From IMG/VR virus record IMGVR_UViG_3300021399_000098: a stretch of 64,000 nt of DNA; one strand, written 5' to 3'. Shown in pieces: positions 1 through 9,329 of the stretch. The stretch comes from a virus. Lineage: Duplodnaviria; Caudoviricetes. Each line of letters begins with the position of its first letter. The stretch's first letter is position 1. Below the pieces are notes generated by a model. The model was not told the DNA's origin and made no database searches. It was given only the letters and a program-made list of their open reading frames with translations. A program made the translations under genes and the position numbers.

Positions 1-185
1 AACCATCTTGCTTATGTTGTATTTTAAACCTAGGACTTCTTTCTGTAGCTCTAGATTATTGATGAGCAAGTTAGATATGTAACGTTGACTTGTTTCTTTC
101 CATTTGCTTTGCTTTGCTTGATACTATCATATGCATATTTATTAAGCTTATTCAATTCAAAAAATTCTTCCAATGTATTATCCAT
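1..185 (-). pseudogene. 5' end of DGR reverse transcriptase, apparently frameshifted (partial)
   Basis: ATG at 185 reads MDNTLEEFFELNKLNKYAYDSIKQSK, then reaches TAG. The shifted frame reads SKWKETSQRYISNLLINNLELQKEVLGLKYNISKMV, resembling DGR RT N-termini. It sits directly after TR and spacer. The catalytic motifs lie outside the window. Confidence 0.7.
103..117 (-). repeat. (GCAAA)x3 tandem repeat at the RT frameshift
   Basis: Plus strand reads tttgc tttgc tttgc; removing one unit gives in-frame ...SIKQSKWKETSQRY... Confidence 0.9.
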
Positions 186-340
186 TGTTTAAAATAAATT
201 ATAAAAAAAGCAAGGTGCTTATAGTTCCATTTGACGTATCAAGGAACGTCACCTTGCATATTTACCACATCTTCAGTGGAAGGTTCGATTCTCCTTATCA
301 AACTGAACCATCGTAATATCTGTATATTACCAGGTCAGAT
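186..340 (-). ncRNA. DGR spacer RNA segment between TR and RT, structured
   Basis: Nested stems gcaaggtg(210-217)/caccttgc(250-257), gttcc/ggaac, ttga/tcaa; also ccac/gtgg and ggttc/gaacc. Confidence 0.6.
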
Positions 341-433
341 GTTAATCGCAGCAACGTAATTGGTATTGTTAGCATTGTTATTGTTAGCATTACCATTGTT
401 GTTCACATTGCAGGCATTAGAAGACGAAGCAAC
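341..433 (-). repeat. DGR template repeat (TR)
   Basis: Non-coding, AAY-codon-rich copy of the VR: gttgcttcgtcttctaatgcctgcaatgtgaacaacaatggtaatgctaacaataacaatgctaacaataccaattacgttgctgcgattaac. Confidence 0.95.
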
Positions 434-464
434 CTTACAGAACCAAACCTATATCATATAATTA

Positions 465-905
465 TTATTTATTTTCGAGTGCTGTTTTAAATTTGTTACC
501 GCTTTTTCTCCAAGCTTTAAGACTGTTTATCATCTTTGCAATAGTCTCTATGTATTCCACGTATTTATTATCATTAACCTTAAGCCTCATCATTATTCTA
601 TGCAAATGAGTTAATATTGCATAGCAAGTGCCTATCGATTTTCCTATATTAGTTCTTCTCTCTTCATATTCAGTCACACAAGTAGGATATATAGAATTAG
701 CTATCTTTATGTAAAATAATAACTTGTCTGTTAAATCTTCAAGACTCTTGCACCTAATGTCAAGGAATATATAGTTCCTTTCAATTAATTCCTTACTAGC
801 ATAAAACTTGTGTTCAACAAGATTATCAATATTATCAGCCAATTTAAAATAAAGGCTCTCAAATTCAATACTACTTTTATTTCTCTTATTCTTTACAACA
901 CTCAT
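465..905 (-). CDS. avd: DGR accessory protein, Avd-like four-helix bundle
   Basis: 146 aa, basic and helical, starts MSVVKNKR, ends ..LKAWRKS..; lies between target gene and TR. Confidence 0.8.
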   Translation of the reverse strand: MSVVKNKRNKSSIEFESLYFKLADNIDNLVEHKFYASKELIERNYIFLDIRCKSLEDLTDKLLFYIKIANSIYPTCVTEYEERRTNIGKSIGTCYAILTHLHRIMMRLKVNDNKYVEYIETIAKMINSLKAWRKSGNKFKTALENK

Positions 906-938
906 AACAGTCTATATTAAAAACATTTTTTATTTATC

Positions 939-965
939 ATTGCTACCCCACAAGAGGGTAGCAAT
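939..965 (-). other. Hairpin downstream of VR (DGR target-recognition hairpin and/or terminator)
   Basis: 10-bp stem attgctaccc/gggtagcaat with a 7-nt loop, about 20 nt past the target stop codon. Confidence 0.7.
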
Positions 966-986
966 TCTGAGTAAAATCCTTTTTCC

Positions 987-3929
987 TTACGCAAAAAGGA
1001 TAAGCGCAGCAACGTAATGGGCACGGTCAACACCGCGATAGTCAGCAGCACCAGTGTCGTGCACACGGCAGGCACTAGAAGACGAAGCAACATCTCTAAG
1101 CCAAGGGTATCTGCCCTCGAATATCTCGTTCATATTGTACACTCTGAAAACATCAAGCTGACGGCAAGCTTCGCCAGTATCATATCCACTTGAACTCCAT
1201 ACAATGCTTCCATATACTTGTACCTCTGATAATGCGCATATCTTTTGGTCAGCATACCAAGCCCAAGAAGAAGAACAACCTCCAGCATTACCAAATCTGT
1301 TATAGCCGCTTGTGTTAACTGCTGTTGAATATAACTTATAATGACTCTTTATATTATTACTACCAAGGTCTCCTTCAACATATGGTAGAACTGTGGTTTC
1401 TAAATAATATTGCAAGTCACAGCTAGCATAACCAGCAGCAGCCGTACCAGTTGTCCAAGTTCCGTCTGTTGAATGAGTGTTCTGACTTGTTGATGTACTA
1501 TTACTACTGTTCCAAACGTAAGTATCATTTGTGTCAACAATGATACCAATGTGGTTATAGTCCAAACGATTAGGTGTTGAAGTACCTTTCATTGTATTAA
1601 GTCCTGCTATAACATAGTTATATGTTTTTCCATTATTGGTTGTAGTACAATAGTCACCAACTCTCATTCCATATTTTTCAAGGTCTTGGTCAGCTACTGC
1701 CTTTTTCAAAGTAGATATAAATGTGGCTTTATCCCACAACTTTCTTGTTCTACGTCTGATTGTATCAAGTTTCAATTTTTCTTCACTTGTTAAGTGAATA
1801 TCACTATCTGCTACATGTTCTTCAGTAGGTGTTAATCTTTTATCTAAGTTTGTTAGTGCAGCAGCTACTGTTTCACTTTGCCCACTTAGGTCATCTACAG
1901 CAGTTTTATCAGCTTTATTTGACAATGCTGTATTCACTTGTGTTGCACTTGAATAACTACTTGTGTTTTGGAATGCCATTGTGCCAACAGCACCAGTCAA
2001 ACTGTTAATAGCAGTGCTTGAAGCTGTGATTGCATCAAGAGTAGACTTGTTACTATGATTGTGAGCACTAGTTGCAGCAGTATCCCAAGAAGATGTCTTA
2101 GCTGTTGTAATACCATCTAATACTGTCTTATTATCATGACTATGTTTAGCAGTATATGCTTCATCCCATTGTCCTTGCTTTAATGTTGTTGGAATAGAAT
2201 ATCCATCACTGAATTTAACATCGAACTTACCACTTTCTGTAATTGCTGTAGTTGCAGCAGAAAGACCTGTAGGAAGTCCAATCTGTACGCTAGTCACAGT
2301 ACCTACATTACTTGTCTTACTATTCCAATTGGTAATATCAGTAGAAGATATACCATCCAATACAGACTTATTACTATGTGTATGGCTATCAGTAGCAGCT
2401 CCATCCCAGTTACTTACCTTTGTAGATGTAATACCACTTATAGCAGCAATATTGGTGGCAAGAGAATCAAGGTTAGTCTTCTCAGTAGTTGACATATGTA
2501 CTGTGCTTGCTGTATGCGCAGTAAATGTAGAAGTATTAACCTTACCACTTGTAGCAGCCTCAATAGCAGTGTCTGTTTGTGCTGTGGTATAGTAATTATC
2601 AGCTTCAAAAATGTCACCGATATTGAGTTCAGTATCTGTCTTACCAGCTGCTGTATTCCAAGTAATTACAAGATATGTTGTACCACTCTTTGTTTCAAGG
2701 GTTACACTATCAACCATACCATCTACCAAGAATGTAGATGCATTAAATGATGACAATACACTACCAGCAGTATTCTTAAGCTGAATATAATGACTCTCAC
2801 TATCATAAGCTACAGTAACACCAACACCACTATAGATGTGTTTTGCTTCTATAAGGTTATCACTATTAGTTATACCAGTAGATACACCCTTTGCAGCAGC
2901 AGTACCAAGTGTAGGCTTATTCTGAATGTATGAATCAGCAGTTGTAGCTGTTTCTGTCCAGTCAGCTTGTACGTTTACTTCAGCACCACTAGCGATATTA
3001 TCAAGCTTTGTCTTTAATGCGTCTGTAAAGTCATTTGATGACAAGTCTTTACCACTTACTTTATCAACCTTATTACCTATAGCTGTATCTACAGCGCCAC
3101 TGTAAGTATTGAAATCAGAGGTATTAAGCTTGTTATCTACGCTATTCCACTTGCTCTTATCATCTGCTGTTACGTGTATAACTGAATCTGCTGTGTGAGC
3201 AGTAACAGTGCCACTAAGTGTATTAGTAGTAGCAGTAGTAGTATAAGCTGTCATTCCAGTTACATCTTGTTTACCACTAATGTCAGCACTTGTTAAATAG
3301 TTTTGTTCACCAACCCAAGTCTTAGTAGCCATATCATTCGTTACTGTTTGAACATAGGCACTTGTTGCAAATCCATTATCATTTACTAAGTCAGATGTCT
3401 TTGAAGGTATTGTTGGCTTGTCTGTAAGGTCATTGTAACTGCCGCTGAAATCAGACTTATTATTCCAGTTAGTCTTATCGGCAGCAGTAACGTGAATATC
3501 AGTGTTTGTAATATGGGTATTCACAGTACCGCTAACTGCATCTAAGTCAGCATCATTTGCCTTCAAAACAAAGGCTGTAGATAATTCAGTAGCACCACTT
3601 GTCTCACTTTTCTTGTAGTAATCGCTTAAATCTGTTGGGGTATATGCTGACGCATCTAATTTTCTACCATTAAGGTCATCAATTGCTTCAGTAACAGTTG
3701 CATCGTTGTTTGTGAACCCACTACCAAGTTTTTTCTCAGTATAATAATTGTCTGATGAGAATGTTGTTATAGCACTATTCTCATTTCTAATTGATATTGT
3801 TTCCACACCTTCAGCATAGTTAATGGCAATCTCACCATCCACCAATTTATCTGGAGATGGCAATTGTGGCAAACCATTAATCTTTAGCTTACTTTTAATG
3901 TGAGAAACGTGTTCAACGTTTTTTGCCAT
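987..3929 (-). CDS. DGR target: tail fibre/receptor-binding protein with C-terminal CLec-type variable domain
   Basis: 980 aa; N-terminal L.DGEIAINY motif (Mtd N-domain-like); T/S-rich fibre repeats (H.H.NK..LD.I); C-terminal LSEVQVYG...YPWLRD plus VR. Confidence 0.85.
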   Translation of the reverse strand: MAKNVEHVSHIKSKLKINGLPQLPSPDKLVDGEIAINYAEGVETISIRNENSAITTFSSDNYYTEKKLGSGFTNNDATVTEAIDDLNGRKLDASAYTPTDLSDYYKKSETSGATELSTAFVLKANDADLDAVSGTVNTHITNTDIHVTAADKTNWNNKSDFSGSYNDLTDKPTIPSKTSDLVNDNGFATSAYVQTVTNDMATKTWVGEQNYLTSADISGKQDVTGMTAYTTTATTNTLSGTVTAHTADSVIHVTADDKSKWNSVDNKLNTSDFNTYSGAVDTAIGNKVDKVSGKDLSSNDFTDALKTKLDNIASGAEVNVQADWTETATTADSYIQNKPTLGTAAAKGVSTGITNSDNLIEAKHIYSGVGVTVAYDSESHYIQLKNTAGSVLSSFNASTFLVDGMVDSVTLETKSGTTYLVITWNTAAGKTDTELNIGDIFEADNYYTTAQTDTAIEAATSGKVNTSTFTAHTASTVHMSTTEKTNLDSLATNIAAISGITSTKVSNWDGAATDSHTHSNKSVLDGISSTDITNWNSKTSNVGTVTSVQIGLPTGLSAATTAITESGKFDVKFSDGYSIPTTLKQGQWDEAYTAKHSHDNKTVLDGITTAKTSSWDTAATSAHNHSNKSTLDAITASSTAINSLTGAVGTMAFQNTSSYSSATQVNTALSNKADKTAVDDLSGQSETVAAALTNLDKRLTPTEEHVADSDIHLTSEEKLKLDTIRRRTRKLWDKATFISTLKKAVADQDLEKYGMRVGDYCTTTNNGKTYNYVIAGLNTMKGTSTPNRLDYNHIGIIVDTNDTYVWNSSNSTSTSQNTHSTDGTWTTGTAAAGYASCDLQYYLETTVLPYVEGDLGSNNIKSHYKLYSTAVNTSGYNRFGNAGGCSSSWAWYADQKICALSEVQVYGSIVWSSSGYDTGEACRQLDVFRVYNMNEIFEGRYPWLRDVASSSSACRVHDTGAADYRGVDRAHYVAALILFA
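999..1091 (-). repeat. DGR variable repeat (VR)
   Basis: Encodes VASSSSACRVHDTGAADYRGVDRAHYVAALI; 22 mismatches to TR, 21 of them at TR adenines. Confidence 0.95.
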
Positions 3930-4150
3930 AAATGTATAAATTATTTTTTATCTTATTTGTTATTATTAATTCCAATATAATTGTTTTTCAAGGTTATAGA
4001 ACCCAACAATTGACAAGAATGTCAGCATTATATTACACAACATATCTCACAATAAGATATTTGTTAATAATAAATAGTATTGAAAAATAAAAAAAGAGAC
4101 TAGAAAATCTATGTTTCTAACCCCTTTTTGAAAAATTATTTAAAGTTTTT

Positions 4151-6601
4151 TTAATTAGCATCGTATACGCCTGCGTCAATATAGCCAAGATGTAAACCAG
4201 CTGAATCATTTACAATACCGCCATCACCATTAACTTTAGCAGATATAGTCTGAGACTTATTATTCTTAGCTTCTACCTCAATACCATTTCCAGCTGTAAC
4301 TCCAGTAAGCATTGCATTATCTACAGTGTTTAATGCAGTATCCAAAGCTTGGTCAGCACCATATAAAGTAGTAGCGGTATTAATATAGTGAGCATTAGTA
4401 TCAGTAGTATATGCATTACCATTTACACCATCAACAGCCTTACGTGCTGCAATTTCATTAGCAAGACCTTGTGCAGATGCCACATCACTAAGATTAACAG
4501 TGTATATCTTATGACCATCAGCATCAGCAGTTTCATCAATACTCATGTTATTACCAGCATCAGTACCTTCAGCAACTACAGTTGTAGCAGCAGCCTTTGC
4601 AGCCTTTACTTGATTCTCCAACTTACCGATTGCTTGATTAACTGTATCAGTTGCAACAACCGCAGCACTAGAAGAACCACTTGCATAACCGTCAAGTTTA
4701 ATGTCAGCACCATCAATGGTTACAGATGCGATTTTATCGCTGAAAGTGCCATTTACACCATTAACTGTGATATTTTCAACCTTAGTTGCCTCAAGGTCAT
4801 TCAATGCAGCACTAACAACTCTTTCATTGTCAGTGATTACCTTATCAACCTCTTTAAATGCCTCTGTAACAGAACTTGTTGAATTGATTCCGCTAAGAAC
4901 ATCAGTGCTAGTGAAACCAGTCATCTTAATCTTAGAAGCATCAGTGATTACATCATACTTAACAGTGCCATCACTAACAGTTGTTGTAGCAGTAGCAACA
5001 GCGATGCTTGAATTAGAAGAACCAATTTCAGTTACAGTCTTTGCACTAAGTGCTGCAAGGTCATCAGCATCAGCAATGTTATCCTCTGTTACTGTAACAG
5101 CAGTGATTTTACCATCAGCCTCAATCACCTCAACGGCAACGTGTTTGTCTGTAGCAATGGTTTGCGTTCCACCAGTTGCATCAAGTGATTCAATAGCGGC
5201 ATTAATAGCGTCAGTTACACCGTCAAGTTTCAAGCCATTAGCACCTACAGTAAGGAACTTGTTATCTCCAGTATCATCACCTGTGGTATCAAGTTTAATA
5301 GAAAGTTTTCCATTAACAGACTGTATACCATTTTCTACCTCAGTTTCAAGGATAAGGTGTGCCATGTCAACTTCAGTTGTCTGCTCAACACCACTTGCAT
5401 CAAGATATTTGTAGATTAACTTTTGAGTTGTTTCATCATAAGTAATACTTACAATATGGCTATCCTTTGCGATGTTAATTGATTCGCCAATCTTGTTTCC
5501 ATCTGAGTCACGGAACTCATAACTTTCCTTAACTGTTTCACCAAGTCCAGTTGTAATCTTAACAAGGTTAAGGTTTGTATAAATACCATCTTCACCAAGT
5601 TTAATTACCTTCTCACCACTCTTGATGTTAACCTTGATGTCAGTTGTGGTTGCTGTTCCAGTAGGTTCAGTTACTACGATAGATTTGTCAGCATTAGTGA
5701 TTTTGTTTGCGCCAACCTTGTTCTCCAACTTAGAAAGAGCGGCATTGATTGTATCAGTAGATGCAATGTCACCAATAGCACTAGCATCTTTTGCGTATCC
5801 GCCAAGCTGCAAGTCCTTGACGTTAGCCTTTGTCTCAGATACGACACCATCAGCCTCAGATACAGTTGTTACAACTTGTCCATCAACAGCAGAAGCACTC
5901 TTATCCATTGCATTAATTTCGTCAGCAATTTCAGCAAGAGCTGCCTTTACATTTGTTGCAGTAATTGCACTATATGAAACGTCTACATATTGTGAATCAA
6001 TATTACCAGCTGAAGCAGAGATAGTACCCTTAGACTGTGAAACAGATATGATAGCCTTACCAGTTTCACTAATAGCAGCAACTGTCGGCATATCTGCTGT
6101 TGTTGCAGAAACCTTACCATCAGCTTGAGATACACTCTTAATGAATGCACCATCACCAGCAGAAATAGCAGTTACATCAAGATTAGCTATTGCAGCATCA
6201 GTATAATCCTTTGCATAAGCTTTTGCGCCTTCTACAGATGTTGCCCCACTATTATCAGATGAAGAGCCACTCAAAGTTTCAAGTTGGCTTGTAACTGTAT
6301 TAGAAGATGAAACACCAGTTCCAACAAGACTATCTACATATGCTTTAGCGTCAGTTCCAGCATCATCAACGTCAATTGTTGTAACAAAAGTTCCATTTGC
6401 TCCACTGTAAACAAAACCTATAAGGGTTTTAACAATGAAATCTGATTCTCCAACAGTTCCACCACTATAACGAGCAAGTATTGCACTACCATCAGCGCCA
6501 AGTCCTTTATTGGTTTCTAATGCAGCTCTAGCTTCTGTACGTGAAGTAAACAAACTACCATTACGCAAGAACTTAATGTTCTGTACATTATTATTTGCCA
6601 T
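4151..6601 (-). CDS. Putative tail fibre/virion structural protein
   Basis: 816 aa A/T/S/D/G-rich; repeated V..V.E.DGK/V motifs; C-terminal IDAGVY. Confidence 0.65.
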   Translation of the reverse strand: MANNNVQNIKFLRNGSLFTSRTEARAALETNKGLGADGSAILARYSGGTVGESDFIVKTLIGFVYSGANGTFVTTIDVDDAGTDAKAYVDSLVGTGVSSSNTVTSQLETLSGSSSDNSGATSVEGAKAYAKDYTDAAIANLDVTAISAGDGAFIKSVSQADGKVSATTADMPTVAAISETGKAIISVSQSKGTISASAGNIDSQYVDVSYSAITATNVKAALAEIADEINAMDKSASAVDGQVVTTVSEADGVVSETKANVKDLQLGGYAKDASAIGDIASTDTINAALSKLENKVGANKITNADKSIVVTEPTGTATTTDIKVNIKSGEKVIKLGEDGIYTNLNLVKITTGLGETVKESYEFRDSDGNKIGESINIAKDSHIVSITYDETTQKLIYKYLDASGVEQTTEVDMAHLILETEVENGIQSVNGKLSIKLDTTGDDTGDNKFLTVGANGLKLDGVTDAINAAIESLDATGGTQTIATDKHVAVEVIEADGKITAVTVTEDNIADADDLAALSAKTVTEIGSSNSSIAVATATTTVSDGTVKYDVITDASKIKMTGFTSTDVLSGINSTSSVTEAFKEVDKVITDNERVVSAALNDLEATKVENITVNGVNGTFSDKIASVTIDGADIKLDGYASGSSSAAVVATDTVNQAIGKLENQVKAAKAAATTVVAEGTDAGNNMSIDETADADGHKIYTVNLSDVASAQGLANEIAARKAVDGVNGNAYTTDTNAHYINTATTLYGADQALDTALNTVDNAMLTGVTAGNGIEVEAKNNKSQTISAKVNGDGGIVNDSAGLHLGYIDAGVYDAN

Positions 6602-6687
6602 AATTTTTAAAAATAGTTTAATTAAGTTATTATTTTATTTTTAATACTAAATTGTTAATAATAAATATCTATTACTCATAATTAAAA

Positions 6688-7284
6688 TTAATATTGGCCA
6701 CAATCGATACCATTTTTTAAATCATCTACCTTACCATTAACGGTATTAACCTTATTATCAACTTCTGTTTTTGTATAATAATTAGATGGGTCAAATATAT
6801 CAGTGATAGATATTTGTATTGGTTGTTTTCCACTATCAGTATTGAAAGTAACTATGAGATATGACTTACCATCAATTACCTTAATTTCAACATTGTCAAC
6901 CATACCATCCTTTACAAAATCAGATGTATCAATCCAAGCAAGAACTCTATCAGAGTTTGAAGCACTATAGAAATTTATCCTTTTACTCCTAGACACATAT
7001 CTAACATCACCGAATTTTTCAGTATTAAGAGTTGAAGCTGATACTTGTAAAGTACCAATGTTAGCAGTGTTTGTATCAATAGCGCCAGATAAAGATTGTG
7101 TTTTTGCATCAACTTGAGCTTCTGTAAGAAATCTAGCAATTTCATCATTAGTGTTTTTAATGAATAGTTTTTCTTTTCCAGCGTATAAATTGATTGCAAT
7201 TTCTCCTTCTTTAAGTTCTGTTACTGATGGTTCTATGTCTGGAACAACACATCTATAATGTTGGTATCTAAATTGTTCTTCCAT
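6688..7284 (-). CDS. Short fibre-associated/adaptor protein
   Basis: Shares LKEGEIAINL and DGMVD.V...YL..T(F/W)NT..GK...DIF...NYYT modules with the DGR target; ends IDCGQY. Confidence 0.65.
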   Translation of the reverse strand: MEEQFRYQHYRCVVPDIEPSVTELKEGEIAINLYAGKEKLFIKNTNDEIARFLTEAQVDAKTQSLSGAIDTNTANIGTLQVSASTLNTEKFGDVRYVSRSKRINFYSASNSDRVLAWIDTSDFVKDGMVDNVEIKVIDGKSYLIVTFNTDSGKQPIQISITDIFDPSNYYTKTEVDNKVNTVNGKVDDLKNGIDCGQY

Positions 7285-7302
7285 AATTTATATTTTAAAT
7301 AG

Positions 7303-7488
7303 TTACATATAATAATATCCTCCGTCCAAATCATAAGCACCTTCTCTAGGATTACCGTCATCTAGATGTTGGTAATAATAGCTATCAAAATGAAGGTGTA
7401 TTCCCTCTATGCAATGTGATATGAATGGTTTTGTGCTAGACCTAGCATATTCCTTATGGTTTCTATATAGTTTAAGATATTTTGCCAT
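7303..7488 (-). CDS. Small hypothetical protein
   Basis: 61 aa, in operon context, ends LDGGYYYM. Confidence 0.55.
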   Translation of the reverse strand: MAKYLKLYRNHKEYARSSTKPFISHCIEGIHLHFDSYYYQHLDDGNPREGAYDLDGGYYYM

Positions 7489-7513
7489 GCATATTTAACT
7501 TAGGTATTATTAT

Positions 7514-8338
7514 TTAGTCATATAGTTCGTGTGCAATTTGTCCAAGGAGCTTATTAATGCTCATATATTCCCCTTCTATCCATAAATAGACTTCTCCATC
7601 TTTTCTAACTTCTATAGCGTTTTTCCTATCATTATCGCTTGTTCCTATTCCCACGGAAAATACGGTTTTACCAGATGGTTCAGTGGTTTCATTATTTAGG
7701 TTATATTCTCCAAATGCAACATCATGTTCATTATTGGTTTCTAGGGTATCATTATTGTCATAGCCTAATTTTTCTATAAGTTCGTCAAGTTTTTCAGATG
7801 TACTTCCGCTTGCAATTTCATCTATTCTTTCATTAAGTGCTTCCTCTGCTTCAATGGCTCTAGCAGTCTCGTCATCAATTTTTTCATCTAGTCTGTCAAT
7901 TTCAGATTGGATGCCATCTATTTTAACGCCATTTTCAGAGACAGTAATCCATTTTTCAGAACTTGGGTCTATTGCCAATGAAACAACTCCATCAGATTCT
8001 TGCAAGCCATCTTTAAATTCATAATCTGGTATAAGTCCACCAATATCTATTGTCACCAAATCTCCATTGGTGAATTTTATATATAGTTTACCATCTTCAT
8101 ACCAAACCTTTTCGATAATCTGCCCTTGTTGAACGAAATCATCAACATTAAGTGTTGCCACATCTTTTCCATCTTTATTTGCAAAATGGATTTTGTTATC
8201 ATCTTTTACATATGACGCACTAGCAAAAAAATCATCCAATTCATTTTCGTAGATGGAATCAGAACTTTGATAATTGTTCTCATCCCTATAGCCCCAAGGC
8301 TCATACATTCTAGTTTTTCTTTTTCTTTGTAATGCCAT
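7514..8338 (-). CDS. Fibre-like structural protein
   Basis: C-terminal domain (KTVFSVGIGTS..DRKNA.EVRK.G) is paralogous to 53007-55007; N-terminal PWGYRDENNY. Confidence 0.65.
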   Translation of the reverse strand: MALQRKRKTRMYEPWGYRDENNYQSSDSIYENELDDFFASASYVKDDNKIHFANKDGKDVATLNVDDFVQQGQIIEKVWYEDGKLYIKFTNGDLVTIDIGGLIPDYEFKDGLQESDGVVSLAIDPSSEKWITVSENGVKIDGIQSEIDRLDEKIDDETARAIEAEEALNERIDEIASGSTSEKLDELIEKLGYDNNDTLETNNEHDVAFGEYNLNNETTEPSGKTVFSVGIGTSDNDRKNAIEVRKDGEVYLWIEGEYMSINKLLGQIAHELYD

Positions 8339-8371
8339 TGTTGTATATTACTTTATTATTGGTTATTTTAA

Positions 8372-8379
8372 TATAAATA
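8372..8379 (-). promoter_or_regulatory. TATTTATA putative late promoter (one representative of about 16 copies)
   Basis: Sense-strand TATTTAT(A) recurs shortly upstream of structural and cargo gene starts throughout the window. Confidence 0.6.
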
Positions 8380-8422
8380 TTTTACTTTCCACATAAATAT
8401 TTAATTTTTTTAAGAATTATAG

Positions 8423-8454
8423 TTTGGTGTATTGAAATAAAAGTCGTATATTTG
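8423..8454 (+). promoter_or_regulatory. Bacteroidota-type sigma-A promoter (-33 TTTG / -7 TAnnTTTG)
   Basis: TTTG 8423-8426, 20-nt spacer, TATATTTG 8447-8454. Confidence 0.75.
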
Positions 8455-8484
8455 CAGCAGAAATGAAAAAATAACCATAAAATT

Positions 8485-8515
8485 TTTGTTTTTTACTTTT
8501 TTTTATATATTTTTG
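8485..8515 (+). promoter_or_regulatory. Second tandem Bacteroidota-type promoter
   Basis: TTTG 8485-8488, 19-nt spacer, TATTTTTG 8508-8515. Confidence 0.6.
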
Positions 8516-8545
8516 CAAAAATAAAAGTATTAAAACTGTAAAACA

Positions 8546-9055
8546 ATGACAAATATTTACATGGCAGCGTACAAAGACTACGCAGATTACGACTTACTGA
8601 AAACGGTGTGTGACAGAATCACAAGTGACATGGATAAAAATGATGTTACGTTTTTCGTTACCACTGGGGAGTCTGGAGACAACACTTGCACCAAATATGC
8701 AGCAGATAATGGGTTTAGAATTGTTGATTGGTTTCCTGATGAGCAATTCATGCCACTGAAAGAAGAAACTAGGCAGAACGGCCATTGGAAAGAGTTTTAT
8801 AACGCATTGAAAACGCAGAAAAGTGAATTCATTTCCAAAGCTGACCACGTTATCCTAGTAAGTGACTATGACGCTAAGAACAATGGAATCGGATATGCCA
8901 TAAGATTGGCTTCCAAACACGGAAAAACAATATCTGTTCTGTTTCCAGATAGAGGTGAACTATACGTCAATAGGTTTTCAACACCTAATAAAACCTACGT
9001 CTATAGTGTTAGTAATGGCACGATGAACTTTAAAAAAATTATAGAACATGACTAA
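8546..9055 (+). CDS. SLOG-superfamily (YspA/DUF2493-like) protein, divergent
   Basis: DYDLLKTVCD...TTGESGDNTCTKYAADNG...ADHVILV...GIGYAIRLASKHGK follows the DUF2493 pattern. Confidence 0.55.
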   Translation: MTNIYMAAYKDYADYDLLKTVCDRITSDMDKNDVTFFVTTGESGDNTCTKYAADNGFRIVDWFPDEQFMPLKEETRQNGHWKEFYNALKTQKSEFISKADHVILVSDYDAKNNGIGYAIRLASKHGKTISVLFPDRGELYVNRFSTPNKTYVYSVSNGTMNFKKIIEHD

Positions 9056-9329
9056 AGAAAACTACATTTCGCCCTATGAGGCCGAAGACTTAGACACCAT
9101 CATTAACCAACTCATCGAAGATGGCATCATTGACGGTGACTATGACGAAGATGAGTATGATGAGCTAGATGCAATCGTCTCAGAGGCAATCGACAAGTTC
9201 AACACAGAACTGATGGAAGATGAATCCATAGAGGCTGATGAGGAACTTGACTACCAAGACCTAAGAGACGATATGTACGCGGCAATTAGGGAAGCTGTTG
9301 AGGAAAACTACAGTAACGTAATAAAATAA
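9048..9329 (+). CDS. Small, highly acidic protein
   Basis: 93 aa with about 33 D/E versus 5 K/R. Confidence 0.75.
   Translation: MTKENYISPYEAEDLDTIINQLIEDGIIDGDYDEDEYDELDAIVSEAIDKFNTELMEDESIEADEELDYQDLRDDMYAAIREAVEENYSNVIK

Larger units (their letters stand above)
1..3929 (-). mobile_element. Diversity-generating retroelement (target-hairpin-avd-TR-spacer-RT); RT runs off the left edge
   Basis: TR 341-433 and VR 999-1091 differ almost only at TR adenines; an Avd-sized ORF lies between them; gene order matches the Bordetella BPP-1 DGR. Confidence 0.95.

Noticed and set aside
1-185. TAG read-through (code 15) as the explanation for the broken RT
   Set aside because: The RT-like sequence is in a different frame, so read-through would not restore it, and other genes are intact under code 11.
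270-300. GGTTCGATTC resembling a tRNA T-loop
   Set aside because: No acceptor, D or anticodon stems can be built around it; it lies in the DGR spacer on the opposite strand.
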